Positions 18,994 through 27,461 of a DNA stretch of 64,000 nucleotides are shown here, piece by piece. Numbering within the stretch: position 1 is the stretch's first letter; each line of letters begins with the position of its first letter. The notes beneath the pieces are model-generated. The model was not told the origin of the DNA and ran no database searches. It worked only from the letters and a program-made list of their open reading frames with translations. The DNA is from Elusimicrobiota bacterium (GTDB lineage: Bacteria > Elusimicrobiota > Elusimicrobia > Elusimicrobiales > UBA9959). The stretch is from contig JBAXKK010000001.1 of assembly GCA_037137395.1 (NCBI GenBank), positions 1-64,000 of the forward strand. Direction: 5' to 3'. The translations under genes and the position numbers were made by a program.

Positions 18994-21900
18994 ATGCACA
19001 CTGAAGAAAAATTCCATCAAATTTTAAAAAGCAAGATTCTTATCTTTGACGGCGCCATGGGCACATATCTTGGCAAATTTAATCTCAAGCCGGAGGATTT
19101 CAGGGGCTATGAGGGATTAAACGAGTATCTTTCCATCTCAAGGCCGGATGTCGTAAAGCAGGTGCATCTGGATTATCTCGCCGCCGGCGCGGATGTGGTG
19201 GAGACAAACACTTTCGGCTCCAATCGTTTCGTGCTTTCCGAATATGGTTTGGGTGACAAAGTGAAAGAGTTGAACCTGGCCGCCGTAAAGCTGGCCAGGG
19301 AGGCGGCATCGGCTGTTTCCACTCCGGAAAAGCCCAGGTTTGTGGCCGGCTCCATCGGGCCCACCAATAAAGCGCTCTTCGTGACCGGCGGAGCGACCTT
19401 CGACGAATTCACCGGCGTTTATTTAGAACAGATCTCGGCCCTGATGGAAGGAGGAGCCGATCTTCTGCTTATAGAAACCGCGCACGATATCTCCAACATC
19501 AAGGCGGCGCTGGCGGCTGCCTCGAAAGCCTTTTCAAATGCCGGACGCAGATTACCCGTGATAGTTTCCGTCACCATGGACCGCAAAAACGCCATGCTGA
19601 GCGGACAGAATATCGAAGCGGTTTGCGTGGCGCTGGAGCATTTTCCGCTGCTCGCCCTCGGCTTTAACTGTTCAACCGGACCAAAAGACTTAGCTCTACG
19701 CCTTGAGACTCTTTCAAATATTTCGCGGTTTCCGGTATTCATAATGCCCAACGCCGGTCTGCCGGATGAGAATGGCAAATATACCGAGACTCCTGAAGAA
19801 TTCTCCGCCACGATAAAAAAATACGCCCTGGCCGGTCTGCTGAACGCGGCCGGCGGCTGCTGCGGTACTGGTCCGGACCATATAAAAGCCCTGGCCGGCG
19901 CGCTTGATGGTTTAAAGCCCCGCGCTTCCGTGCCTGCCGGTGCCTGGGCCGTGTCCGGCATAGAAGCCCTTTATTACAGTGAGATAGATCCGCCTCTGCT
20001 TGTCGGGGAGCGTAATAATTCTATCGGGTCAAAGAAATTTCGGGATATCGTGGCCGCGGGAGACTGGGATAAGGCCGTTGATATGGCTAAGTCGCAGGTC
20101 CGCGCGGGGGCGCACGTATTGGATATCTGTCTGTCAAACCCCGACAGAAACGAACTTGAAGACGCCGGGATCTTCCTGCCCAGACTTTTCCACGCGGTGC
20201 GGGCGCCGGTTATGATCGATACCACCGATCTAAAGGTGATGGAGGAGGCGCTTAAGCTCGCTCCCGGACAGTGCATCCTGAACTCCGTTAATTTTGAGTT
20301 TGGTGAGAGCAGACCGCGCGAAACCGCCGCGCTCATAAAACTTTACGGCGGCAAGCTGGTGTTCGGCCTGATAGACGAAGACAAAGACAGAGGCATACCT
20401 CTGACGGCTGAGCGTAAGCTTGCGATAGCCAGGCGCGGGTATGAATTCTTTACTAAAAAATGCGGGCTTGCGCCTGAACATATAATCTTTGACGCGCTGG
20501 TATTCCCGGTGGGCGTCGGAGGGGAATACGTTAAAAGCGCCAGTGAGACTTTGAAAGCTATGGAGCAGCTTAAGAGCGAATTTCCGCTTTCAAAAACAAT
20601 ACTCGGAGTGAGTAACGTTTCTTTCGGCCTCCCCCCGGCCGGGCGCGAGGTGCTGAACGCCGTGTTTCTGCATCACGCCATCAAGGCTGGCCTGGGCCTG
20701 GCTATCGTTAATACTGAAAAACTCAAACGGTTTGCGCAGATTACCGCGCATGAATTAAAGCTGTCAGAGGACCTGCTTCTGGCGCGCGCGCCGGACTCTG
20801 CCGGGGTCTTCGCCGCATACTTTAGAGAGAAAAAAAATAGCGGTGTGACGGCAGCCGGACGGTCGGAATCCGTTTCTCCGGAAGACACGCTTTATGGAAT
20901 GATATTAGATGGTTCTAAGGGCGGGGTCCGGGAGGCCGTGAAAGCGTTATTGGCAGGTGGCATGAAGCCGCTAGCCGTGATCAATGGGCCGGTCCTGAAA
21001 GCCATGGGTGAAGTAGGCAAGCTTTTTTCAGGAGGCAATTTAATAGTCACGGAAGTTCTGCAGAGCGCTGAAGCTGTCAGAGAGGCAGTGTCGGAATTGG
21101 AACCTGCGCTCAAGGCCGGCAACATCCCTAAGCGCGGCAAATTCCTGCTTGCAACGGTTAAAGGCGATGTTCACGATATCGGTAAGAACCTTGTTAGCAT
21201 TATTTTTGAATCCAACGGCTTTGAAGTTATAGACCTGGGCGTTAAAGTGGCGCCTGAGGCAATCGTGGCTGCCGCGCTGAAGGACGACCCCGATTTTATC
21301 GGCCTTTCCGGTTTGCTGGTCCGTTCCACGGAGCAGATGGCCATCACCGCCCGTGAGTTGGCCGGGGCCGGAATATCGGTTCCCCTGCTGGTCGGCGGAG
21401 CGGCTTTGACGGCAAAATTCGTTGAAACTAATATGGCGCCGGTTTATAACGGCCCGGTTTTCTACGCGTCCGACGCCATGGATGGACTCAACAGCGCGCT
21501 CAAATACATCGTTGACCGCGGTCATAAATCGGATGCCATAGGCCATAAGCCATATGCCGTAAGCCGTAAGCCGGATCAGACGGGGATTGCTCCCTGCATC
21601 CCGCTCCCCGCATTTCGTGGCGGGCTGTTCAGGCCGGATGAGATTCCTGTTCCTAAGGACCTCGCGAGGCATTTTTTCGGGGAGTATGACCTGAACGAAT
21701 TGTTCGCCAATATGGATCTGGACTTGTTCAACCTTCGTTTTCTGAAACTGAAAAAAAATAACAGCGAAAAAGCTGACGAGACAAAAAAAATAGTGGACGA
21801 TATTAAGGCCGAAGTGACGCGCGAGGCCATAATCAGACCGCGCGGGGTATATCAGTTTTTCAAAGTGAACGCAGACGGCGACCGGCTGTGCTTTTATGGC

Positions 21901-22404
21901 TCGGAGGGCGAAGCCGCGGAGACCGTGAATTTCCCGCGCCAGCATAAAGACGAGCGCCTCTGCGTAGCCGATTTCTTTTCTCAGCGCGGGGGAGATGGTG
22001 ATTATGCCGCGCTTATGGCTGTCACCTGCGGTGATGGCGTGGCGGAATTCGCCCGCCGGGAGCGGGCAAAAGGCAATTACCTCCGGTCTTACATCGTGGA
22101 GGCTCTGGCCTTAAGTCTGGCCGAGTCTTTCGCCGAGGTGCTGCATTACAGGATACGGGAGGACTGGGGTTTTGCGGAGCCGCGCTCCGACAGGCCTTTG
22201 CATAAGGTTTCTTACAGAGGGAGGCGCTATTCCTTCGGGTATCCGTCCTGCCCGGATCTGGCTGACCAGAAAAAACTTTTCAACCTGCTTAAGCCGGAGA
22301 GCGACGTTAAAATAACGCTTACGGATATGTATATGATGGATCCGGAAGCCTCAGTCTCGGCTTTCGTCACCCATAATCCTAAAGCTAAATACTTTAACAT
22401 CTGA
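18994..22404 (+). CDS. metH: B12-dependent methionine synthase
   Basis: DGAMGT, NCSTGP and GGCCGT Zn ligands, pterin-binding domain, DVHDIG, activation domain RYSFGYPSCPD. Confidence 0.96.
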   Translation: MHTEEKFHQILKSKILIFDGAMGTYLGKFNLKPEDFRGYEGLNEYLSISRPDVVKQVHLDYLAAGADVVETNTFGSNRFVLSEYGLGDKVKELNLAAVKLAREAASAVSTPEKPRFVAGSIGPTNKALFVTGGATFDEFTGVYLEQISALMEGGADLLLIETAHDISNIKAALAAASKAFSNAGRRLPVIVSVTMDRKNAMLSGQNIEAVCVALEHFPLLALGFNCSTGPKDLALRLETLSNISRFPVFIMPNAGLPDENGKYTETPEEFSATIKKYALAGLLNAAGGCCGTGPDHIKALAGALDGLKPRASVPAGAWAVSGIEALYYSEIDPPLLVGERNNSIGSKKFRDIVAAGDWDKAVDMAKSQVRAGAHVLDICLSNPDRNELEDAGIFLPRLFHAVRAPVMIDTTDLKVMEEALKLAPGQCILNSVNFEFGESRPRETAALIKLYGGKLVFGLIDEDKDRGIPLTAERKLAIARRGYEFFTKKCGLAPEHIIFDALVFPVGVGGEYVKSASETLKAMEQLKSEFPLSKTILGVSNVSFGLPPAGREVLNAVFLHHAIKAGLGLAIVNTEKLKRFAQITAHELKLSEDLLLARAPDSAGVFAAYFREKKNSGVTAAGRSESVSPEDTLYGMILDGSKGGVREAVKALLAGGMKPLAVINGPVLKAMGEVGKLFSGGNLIVTEVLQSAEAVREAVSELEPALKAGNIPKRGKFLLATVKGDVHDIGKNLVSIIFESNGFEVIDLGVKVAPEAIVAAALKDDPDFIGLSGLLVRSTEQMAITARELAGAGISVPLLVGGAALTAKFVETNMAPVYNGPVFYASDAMDGLNSALKYIVDRGHKSDAIGHKPYAVSRKPDQTGIAPCIPLPAFRGGLFRPDEIPVPKDLARHFFGEYDLNELFANMDLDLFNLRFLKLKKNNSEKADETKKIVDDIKAEVTREAIIRPRGVYQFFKVNADGDRLCFYGSEGEAAETVNFPRQHKDERLCVADFFSQRGGDGDYAALMAVTCGDGVAEFARRERAKGNYLRSYIVEALALSLAESFAEVLHYRIREDWGFAEPRSDRPLHKVSYRGRRYSFGYPSCPDLADQKKLFNLLKPESDVKITLTDMYMMDPEASVSAFVTHNPKAKYFNI
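21521..21576 (+). repeat. Heptamer tandem array inside metH
   Basis: gtcataa atcggat gccatag gccataa gccatat gccgtaa gccgtaa gccggat. Confidence 0.75.
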
Positions 22405-22407
22405 AAT

Positions 22408-22842
22408 ATGGTAAATTTTTTCGAACTGCGGCACAAAGTCACGCCTGATGAGATAGACGGTTTAGGCCATGTGAACAACCTTGTCTATCTGGGCTGGTTT
22501 ATGGACGCGGCCACGGGCCACACTGAATCTTGCGGGATGTCCGGCGGATTAATACTAAGTGAGAGCGAGGGGTGGGTGGTGCGTCGCCATGAAATAGATT
22601 ATCTGGCGCAGGTGAAGCCGCAGGACACCGTCACCATAAAAACATGGATAGAGTCGGCGGAAAAAGCCTCGTCCGTCCGCCGGTATGAGATAGTGAACGC
22701 TGCCGACGGCAAGCTTGTCTGCCAGGGGCTGACTTTGTGGGTCTGGATAAATTACGGGACCGGCCGCCCCGCGCGTATCCCTGAAAAAGTTTACAAAGCT
22801 TACGGCGTTGAGCCCGGCAAGACGGTTATCCGCCCAGGATGA
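22408..22842 (+). CDS. Acyl-CoA thioesterase (4HBT/YbgC-like hotdog fold)
   Basis: IDGLGHVNNLVY motif, HEIDY, GRPARIP. Confidence 0.88.
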   Translation: MVNFFELRHKVTPDEIDGLGHVNNLVYLGWFMDAATGHTESCGMSGGLILSESEGWVVRRHEIDYLAQVKPQDTVTIKTWIESAEKASSVRRYEIVNAADGKLVCQGLTLWVWINYGTGRPARIPEKVYKAYGVEPGKTVIRPG

Positions 22843-22892
22843 AAATTTTACATTTGGTAACGCTCAGATATTACGTCTAAAAGGGAATTAAT

Positions 22893-24101
22893 ATGAAAAA
22901 CGGGCATATGTCGGAAGAGAATGGCGGCGAAGAAAATTTCGCGGAGATGTTTGATAAAAATTATAAAGAGCCTTCCCGAATGGAGCCGGGCCAGAAGATA
23001 GAGGCAACGATCGTTAAAATAACCGCCGATTGGGCGTTTCTGGAAGTGGGGGGCAAGGGTGAGGGATATCTGGATAAAAAAGAACTACTGGACGGTAAGG
23101 GGAACCTGTCCGTTAAAGAGGGTGACAAGATCCGGGCCTGGTTTTTGTTTTCCGAGAATGGTGAAATGCACTTTACAACCAGGATCGGTTCCGGCCCCGC
23201 GGCGCGGGCACAGCTTGAGGACGCTTTCCGCAGCGGCATTCCGGTTGAGGGGGCGGTGACTAAAGAATTAAAGGGCGGATTCGAGATCACTATCCTTGGC
23301 GGCGCGCGCGCTTTCTGTCCGTTTTCACAGATGGGCCTCCGCCGCGATGAAAATAAAGAGAATTATTTAGGCAGAACCCTGACTTTCGAAATCATAGAAT
23401 GCGGCGACAGGAACGTCGTTCTTTCCCGTAAGGGTATAGTGGAGAAAGGGCGTCAGGCGGCGGCGAGGGCGTTGAAAGCCACGCTGAAAGAAGGGGATAA
23501 GATAAAAGGTTCCGTGACATCCATTCAGAAGTTCGGCGCTTTTGTGGATATAGGCGGAGTGGAGGGGCTGCTTCCTGTTTCCGAGATCGCCTGGAGCAGG
23601 ACAGAGAATGTTGGTGATATACTTTCCGTTGGTCAGACCGTTGAGGTCATAATCAAGAAACTGGATTGGGAGAATGACAGAGTGTCTTTCAGTCTGAAGG
23701 ACGCTTTACCGGATCCTTGGGATCTGGCCGCTCAGACCTGGCCCCCAGGTTCGTATCAGACCGGGACCGTTTCCCGGCTGGCTCCGTTCGGCGCTTTCGT
23801 CACCCTAGGGGAAGGGGTGGATGGGCTTATACATGTTTCCCGGCTAAGCGGTGAAAAAAAGATACAGCACCCGGACGAAGTCCTAAAAGTGGGGCAGAGC
23901 ATAGAGGTCAAAATTGAGTCGGTGGACCGTGAAAGTAAAAGAATATCGTTAGTGCCGGCTGATATCAGCCGCGAAGCGGACGAAGACGCCGCCGCGCTGA
24001 AGAGCTATCAGCAATCCGGAGCCGCTGGATCTGAGACCATGGGCACGCTGGGCGAAATGCTTAAAAAACAGCTGGAAAACAAGGGTACGGGACGGCGTTA
24101 A
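22893..24101 (+). CDS. rpsA: Four-domain ribosomal protein S1-like protein (possibly a paralog)
   Basis: Four S1 repeats (FGAFVDIGGVEGLL, FGAFVTLGEGVDGLIH), C-terminal MGTLGEML. Confidence 0.75.
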   Translation: MKNGHMSEENGGEENFAEMFDKNYKEPSRMEPGQKIEATIVKITADWAFLEVGGKGEGYLDKKELLDGKGNLSVKEGDKIRAWFLFSENGEMHFTTRIGSGPAARAQLEDAFRSGIPVEGAVTKELKGGFEITILGGARAFCPFSQMGLRRDENKENYLGRTLTFEIIECGDRNVVLSRKGIVEKGRQAAARALKATLKEGDKIKGSVTSIQKFGAFVDIGGVEGLLPVSEIAWSRTENVGDILSVGQTVEVIIKKLDWENDRVSFSLKDALPDPWDLAAQTWPPGSYQTGTVSRLAPFGAFVTLGEGVDGLIHVSRLSGEKKIQHPDEVLKVGQSIEVKIESVDRESKRISLVPADISREADEDAAALKSYQQSGAAGSETMGTLGEMLKKQLENKGTGRR

Positions 24102-24179
24102 GTTTATGACAGGCCAGAGACAATTTGTAAAGAGGGGCCGATGCATTAATTAATGGCGTAAAACGCTCTGAAAACGCTA

Positions 24180-24208
24180 TTGACTTTTTCGAAAATAGGC
24201 TGTATGCT
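24180..24208 (+). promoter_or_regulatory. Sigma70-type promoter for the peptide genes
   Basis: TTGACT-17 nt-TATGCT. Confidence 0.65.
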
Positions 24209-24232
24209 ATAACTACGACTGTGGAGGATAAT

Positions 24233-24478
24233 ATGAAAACGCGAATGACGAAGTGTTTTGTCGTACTGTTTGCCTTTGCTGCTATCGGGTATATGGCTGT
24301 TTCAATGGGGCGGGTCAGAGTGGCCAATGCCGATGATGTTTCGACCAGCAGCGTGGTTAGCACGAGCGGCAGCAACACTACCACTGACTCGAGTGGCAGC
24401 TCGAGCAGCGATTCAAAGAAAAAGGATAAGAAGGACAAAAAGAGCAGCGGCGGTAGCAGCGGCGGATGTTGCGGTTAG
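24233..24478 (+). CDS. Secreted Ser/Thr-rich peptide with C-terminal GCCG (paralog 1, 81 aa)
   Basis: GGAGG RBS; signal peptide ending ANA; paralogous to 24625-24804. Confidence 0.85.
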   Translation: MKTRMTKCFVVLFAFAAIGYMAVSMGRVRVANADDVSTSSVVSTSGSNTTTDSSGSSSSDSKKKDKKDKKSSGGSSGGCCG

Positions 24479-24624
24479 AGTTTATCCTATATAAGGCTTT
24501 CATAGCGGCCGTCTTACGGACGGATACATGTTTCGGATAATAAGCTCCCCCTGTATTTGTGTGTTAGGGGGGTGGTGTTGTTTTTAAAAACATAGTGGGA
24601 ATCACATGGCTGTGGAGAATTGAT

Positions 24625-24804
24625 ATGAAAACTCGAATGATGAAGTGTTTTACCGTACTGTTTGCCTTTGCTGCTATCGGGTATATGGCTATTTCGATGG
24701 GTGTGGTCAGGAGTGCCAATGCCAGCAGCACCGGGACGACAACAACAGATAGCACTGGGAGCAGCGGCAGCAGCAGTGGAAAGAGCAGCGGTTGTTGCGG
24801 TTAG
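24625..24804 (+). CDS. Secreted Ser/Thr-rich peptide with C-terminal GCCG (paralog 2, 59 aa)
   Basis: GGAG RBS; near-identical leader MKTRM.KCF.VLFAFAAIGYMA.SMG.VR.ANA. Confidence 0.85.
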   Translation: MKTRMMKCFTVLFAFAAIGYMAISMGVVRSANASSTGTTTTDSTGSSGSSSGKSSGCCG

Positions 24805-24836
24805 CCCGGGTTTCGCATAGTCACCACAGATAGGTG

Positions 24837-24878
24837 AAAACAAGTCCCGCCCAAAGTTTGGGACGGGACTTGTTTTTT
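24837..24878. terminator. Bidirectional intrinsic terminator
   Basis: AAAACAAGTCCCGCCCAAA / TTTGGGACGGGACTTGTTTT between convergent genes. Confidence 0.85.
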
Positions 24879-24908
24879 GTGAATTGGTGTATCCAACCGA
24901 TGTCGGGA

Positions 24909-25712
24909 TCAGTGGGTTCGGCCGGCGGATATTTGCTCGCCTATTTTTTGAAGAGGAGTAAGATCCATCCCCGGTGTTATCGCGGAGGGAAGGCTTGAGG
25001 CCATGTTGCTTACAACCGTCATTGACATGGCGTCCACATAAGGCGAGGCCTGCTTATCCGCGCACAAGAAGTTCATTACTTCATTATATATTGCGTCCGG
25101 TGGAGGGTTGCGCATCGCCTCCAGCGATACCGATAATATCCCCTTCACCACTTCCGGGTCAGCGCTGGCTCTTATCAGCTTATTGCGCACTTCCGGCAGC
25201 GCTATAGTTCCGCGAGCCCATTTATAAGCGTCTTTATCTTTGTCGTATTGTTTTTTCAGCGCCATATACCTGTCCATTTTTGAAAAATCGGCATTGAGCT
25301 TGCGAAGCGCCGGATATTGCGCCTTGTATTTCAGCCCAAGACGATAAAGATAGGCCTGATACTTTTTGATTTCGCGGCCATGCTTGCGCAGAAACTCCGC
25401 TTCAGTTAGTTTTTTTGCCGAAGTTTCGTCCCCGCGGACCTGCGCCGCCGCGGATCTGGTGGCAGGTCGGGTTTGTGCCATATTCGGTTCCGATTCTGTT
25501 CTTTTAGCTTCGTTCTGAGTAGGTTCCGAACTCTCTTCGAAACCTGAGGCCTCATCGGTTACGGGAATCTCTTCCGCGCTGTACTCTTCCGTTAAACCGG
25601 CATGAGAACCGGAATTGCTGCTGAGAAACCATTTTGTCAGTAATATCGCGGTTAGAGCGCAGATAGGCAGTATCAGCCATATAGCCCAATTGTTTTTTTT
25701 CTCTTCTTCCAT
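24909..25712 (-). CDS. Membrane-anchored hypothetical protein
   Basis: ATG 25712 with GGAGG RBS; N-terminal TM, acidic linker, helical domain. Confidence 0.75.
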   Translation of the reverse strand: MEEEKKNNWAIWLILPICALTAILLTKWFLSSNSGSHAGLTEEYSAEEIPVTDEASGFEESSEPTQNEAKRTESEPNMAQTRPATRSAAAQVRGDETSAKKLTEAEFLRKHGREIKKYQAYLYRLGLKYKAQYPALRKLNADFSKMDRYMALKKQYDKDKDAYKWARGTIALPEVRNKLIRASADPEVVKGILSVSLEAMRNPPPDAIYNEVMNFLCADKQASPYVDAMSMTVVSNMASSLPSAITPGMDLTPLQKIGEQISAGRTH

Positions 25713-25905
25713 AAGTCCTCCGTAAAATTTGTCTCGCACGAGCTTGTTCCCGTGCGACACACTAATAATATAACAAAGGAACAATGCAGTCAAGAAGCCG
25801 CAGGATGCCTTATGGGAGTCTTTAAATAATGTGGCATCCGCTTCAGAGATCAAGTCTGGTTAAGAAAACAAAACGGCGAAGCCGGATTTACATTGCGCGG
25901 CTGAA

Positions 25906-26700
25906 CTATTGATTGGCAGGTGTCCGTCCTGATATTCGTTTGAGATATTCGGCTGCTTTGATGCCGGCCAGGACTATGGCGGAATCAAACACGCATCCGA
26001 ATAGTATCCCATACGCTGTCCCGAAGCGGGCGGCTTGCGTGTGATAGGTCCAGCAATTATTGGTTGTTCCCCACAGATCCGCAAAAAAAACGCAGGCCGT
26101 CCCTGTAAAAACAATCCTCATATATCTGATGCGGTGTTTTTTGCCGGGAAAAAGGATCGCCGCGGTTAAAAGTATGGGCAGTACGCATGCCGGCGCGGAC
26201 AGTTTTGTCGCGATAAAAGGCACAAAAACGCAGTAAAACAGGGCTACCCACGCCCAATAAAAACGTTCGCTGTTCAACTTCGCTAAAATGCCGTCCGGCT
26301 GTTCTCCGGCGCGGCGGGCGAGGCGTTCCACTACCAGGACGCCCAGGGCCCAGGCTGGGACTATCCAATACGGAGGTTTTTCGCCGGTGTAATATGTCCA
26401 AAGTCCAGACTGTGTCCCCCATAGCTCCGCCAAAAAGCCGAAAAAAGAGGTGATTAAGACGGTGAGGCAATCTGTTAGTGGGTCCGCGGCGAGCGGAATC
26501 GCGCGGACGGTCAGAAATAATATGGCCGCGAACAATATCATCTCAAAAATAACTTTCAGCCTCGGCCCCCAGCCCGCCGCGAGGCTTGCCAAAGTTGAGG
26601 TGCAGGCGCCAGTCACCAGGTCGGCCCTCAGCAGCGCCAGGCCGGCGAACACCAGAATCAGCGCGGCCAGATATATCTTTTTGTAGTTTTTTTGTGTCAT
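25906..26700 (-). CDS. Polytopic membrane protein with duplicated (E/D)LWGTxxxxWTY motif (DUF2878/CruF-like)
   Basis: AELWGTQSGLWTYY and ADLWGTTNNCWTYH; ATGA overlap with the lgt stop. Confidence 0.7.
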   Translation of the reverse strand: MTQKNYKKIYLAALILVFAGLALLRADLVTGACTSTLASLAAGWGPRLKVIFEMILFAAILFLTVRAIPLAADPLTDCLTVLITSFFGFLAELWGTQSGLWTYYTGEKPPYWIVPAWALGVLVVERLARRAGEQPDGILAKLNSERFYWAWVALFYCVFVPFIATKLSAPACVLPILLTAAILFPGKKHRIRYMRIVFTGTACVFFADLWGTTNNCWTYHTQAARFGTAYGILFGCVFDSAIVLAGIKAAEYLKRISGRTPANQ

Positions 26701-27461
26701 AAGCGGCGGTACCATAATAAACTCCCGGCAGCGCTTGCTATTGATATAAGCTGGGCTGTAGTGAGCTGACACGCCCAGGAAATACCAGCGTCTCCGGCCC
26801 GGATAAAATCTACGGAAAAACGCAGAATGGAATAAAGAACAACCGTGATAACAAACGCTCCGCCCGGCTTCAGGCGTTCATTTTTTACAAAAACAAAATA
26901 TACCATAAGAAATATAGCGAGGCTGCCCAGAGACTCATAAAGCTGGGTGGGGTGAACGACCTTCCCTGACAGGAATCTGTACGAGGAGCAGTGCGGGTCG
27001 GTGTATCTGACCCCCCAGCTGCGAGCCGTGGCAGCGCCGTGGCAGCATCCGTGCATGAAGCATCCTATACGCATTATGGCCAGGGCGAGGACGGCGGACA
27101 GGCCGATTGAATCAGCGACCCTCTTAAAATCAATTTGCTTAACGCGGCAATAGATATACGCGAAGGCGAAAGGCGTCCAGAAACTACCCCAGAAGGAACC
27201 GCCCGGAATTCTTTTGGTTTTAGCAAAAAAAGACAGATTGTTGGCCAATCCTCCGTTGTAAAAAATCGCGTAAAACAGAAGAGCGCCGCCTACGACCCCC
27301 AGCGCGATAAGGAGCACCAGGTTCCAGAAATCGTCAAGCGAAAGTTTCATGCGGCGCGCGGAAGCTTTAAAATATAAAAACCCCGCCAGGCTGGACAAGC
27401 CCGCGAAAAGGGGTGCGGCAAAAACATCAAAACCCATCACTGAAAATAAAACAGGTCTCAT
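26697..27461 (-). CDS. lgt: Prolipoprotein diacylglyceryl transferase-like protein (divergent Lgt)
   Basis: RIGCFMHGCCHG, HPTQLYES, Y...RF.VDF.R; N-terminal YG motif absent. Confidence 0.8.
   Translation of the reverse strand: MRPVLFSVMGFDVFAAPLFAGLSSLAGFLYFKASARRMKLSLDDFWNLVLLIALGVVGGALLFYAIFYNGGLANNLSFFAKTKRIPGGSFWGSFWTPFAFAYIYCRVKQIDFKRVADSIGLSAVLALAIMRIGCFMHGCCHGAATARSWGVRYTDPHCSSYRFLSGKVVHPTQLYESLGSLAIFLMVYFVFVKNERLKPGGAFVITVVLYSILRFSVDFIRAGDAGISWACQLTTAQLISIASAAGSLLWYRRL

Noticed and set aside
24476..24804. TAG read-through (pyrrolysine) in the GCCG peptides
   Set aside because: Sequences after the two TAG codons are unrelated and close quickly.
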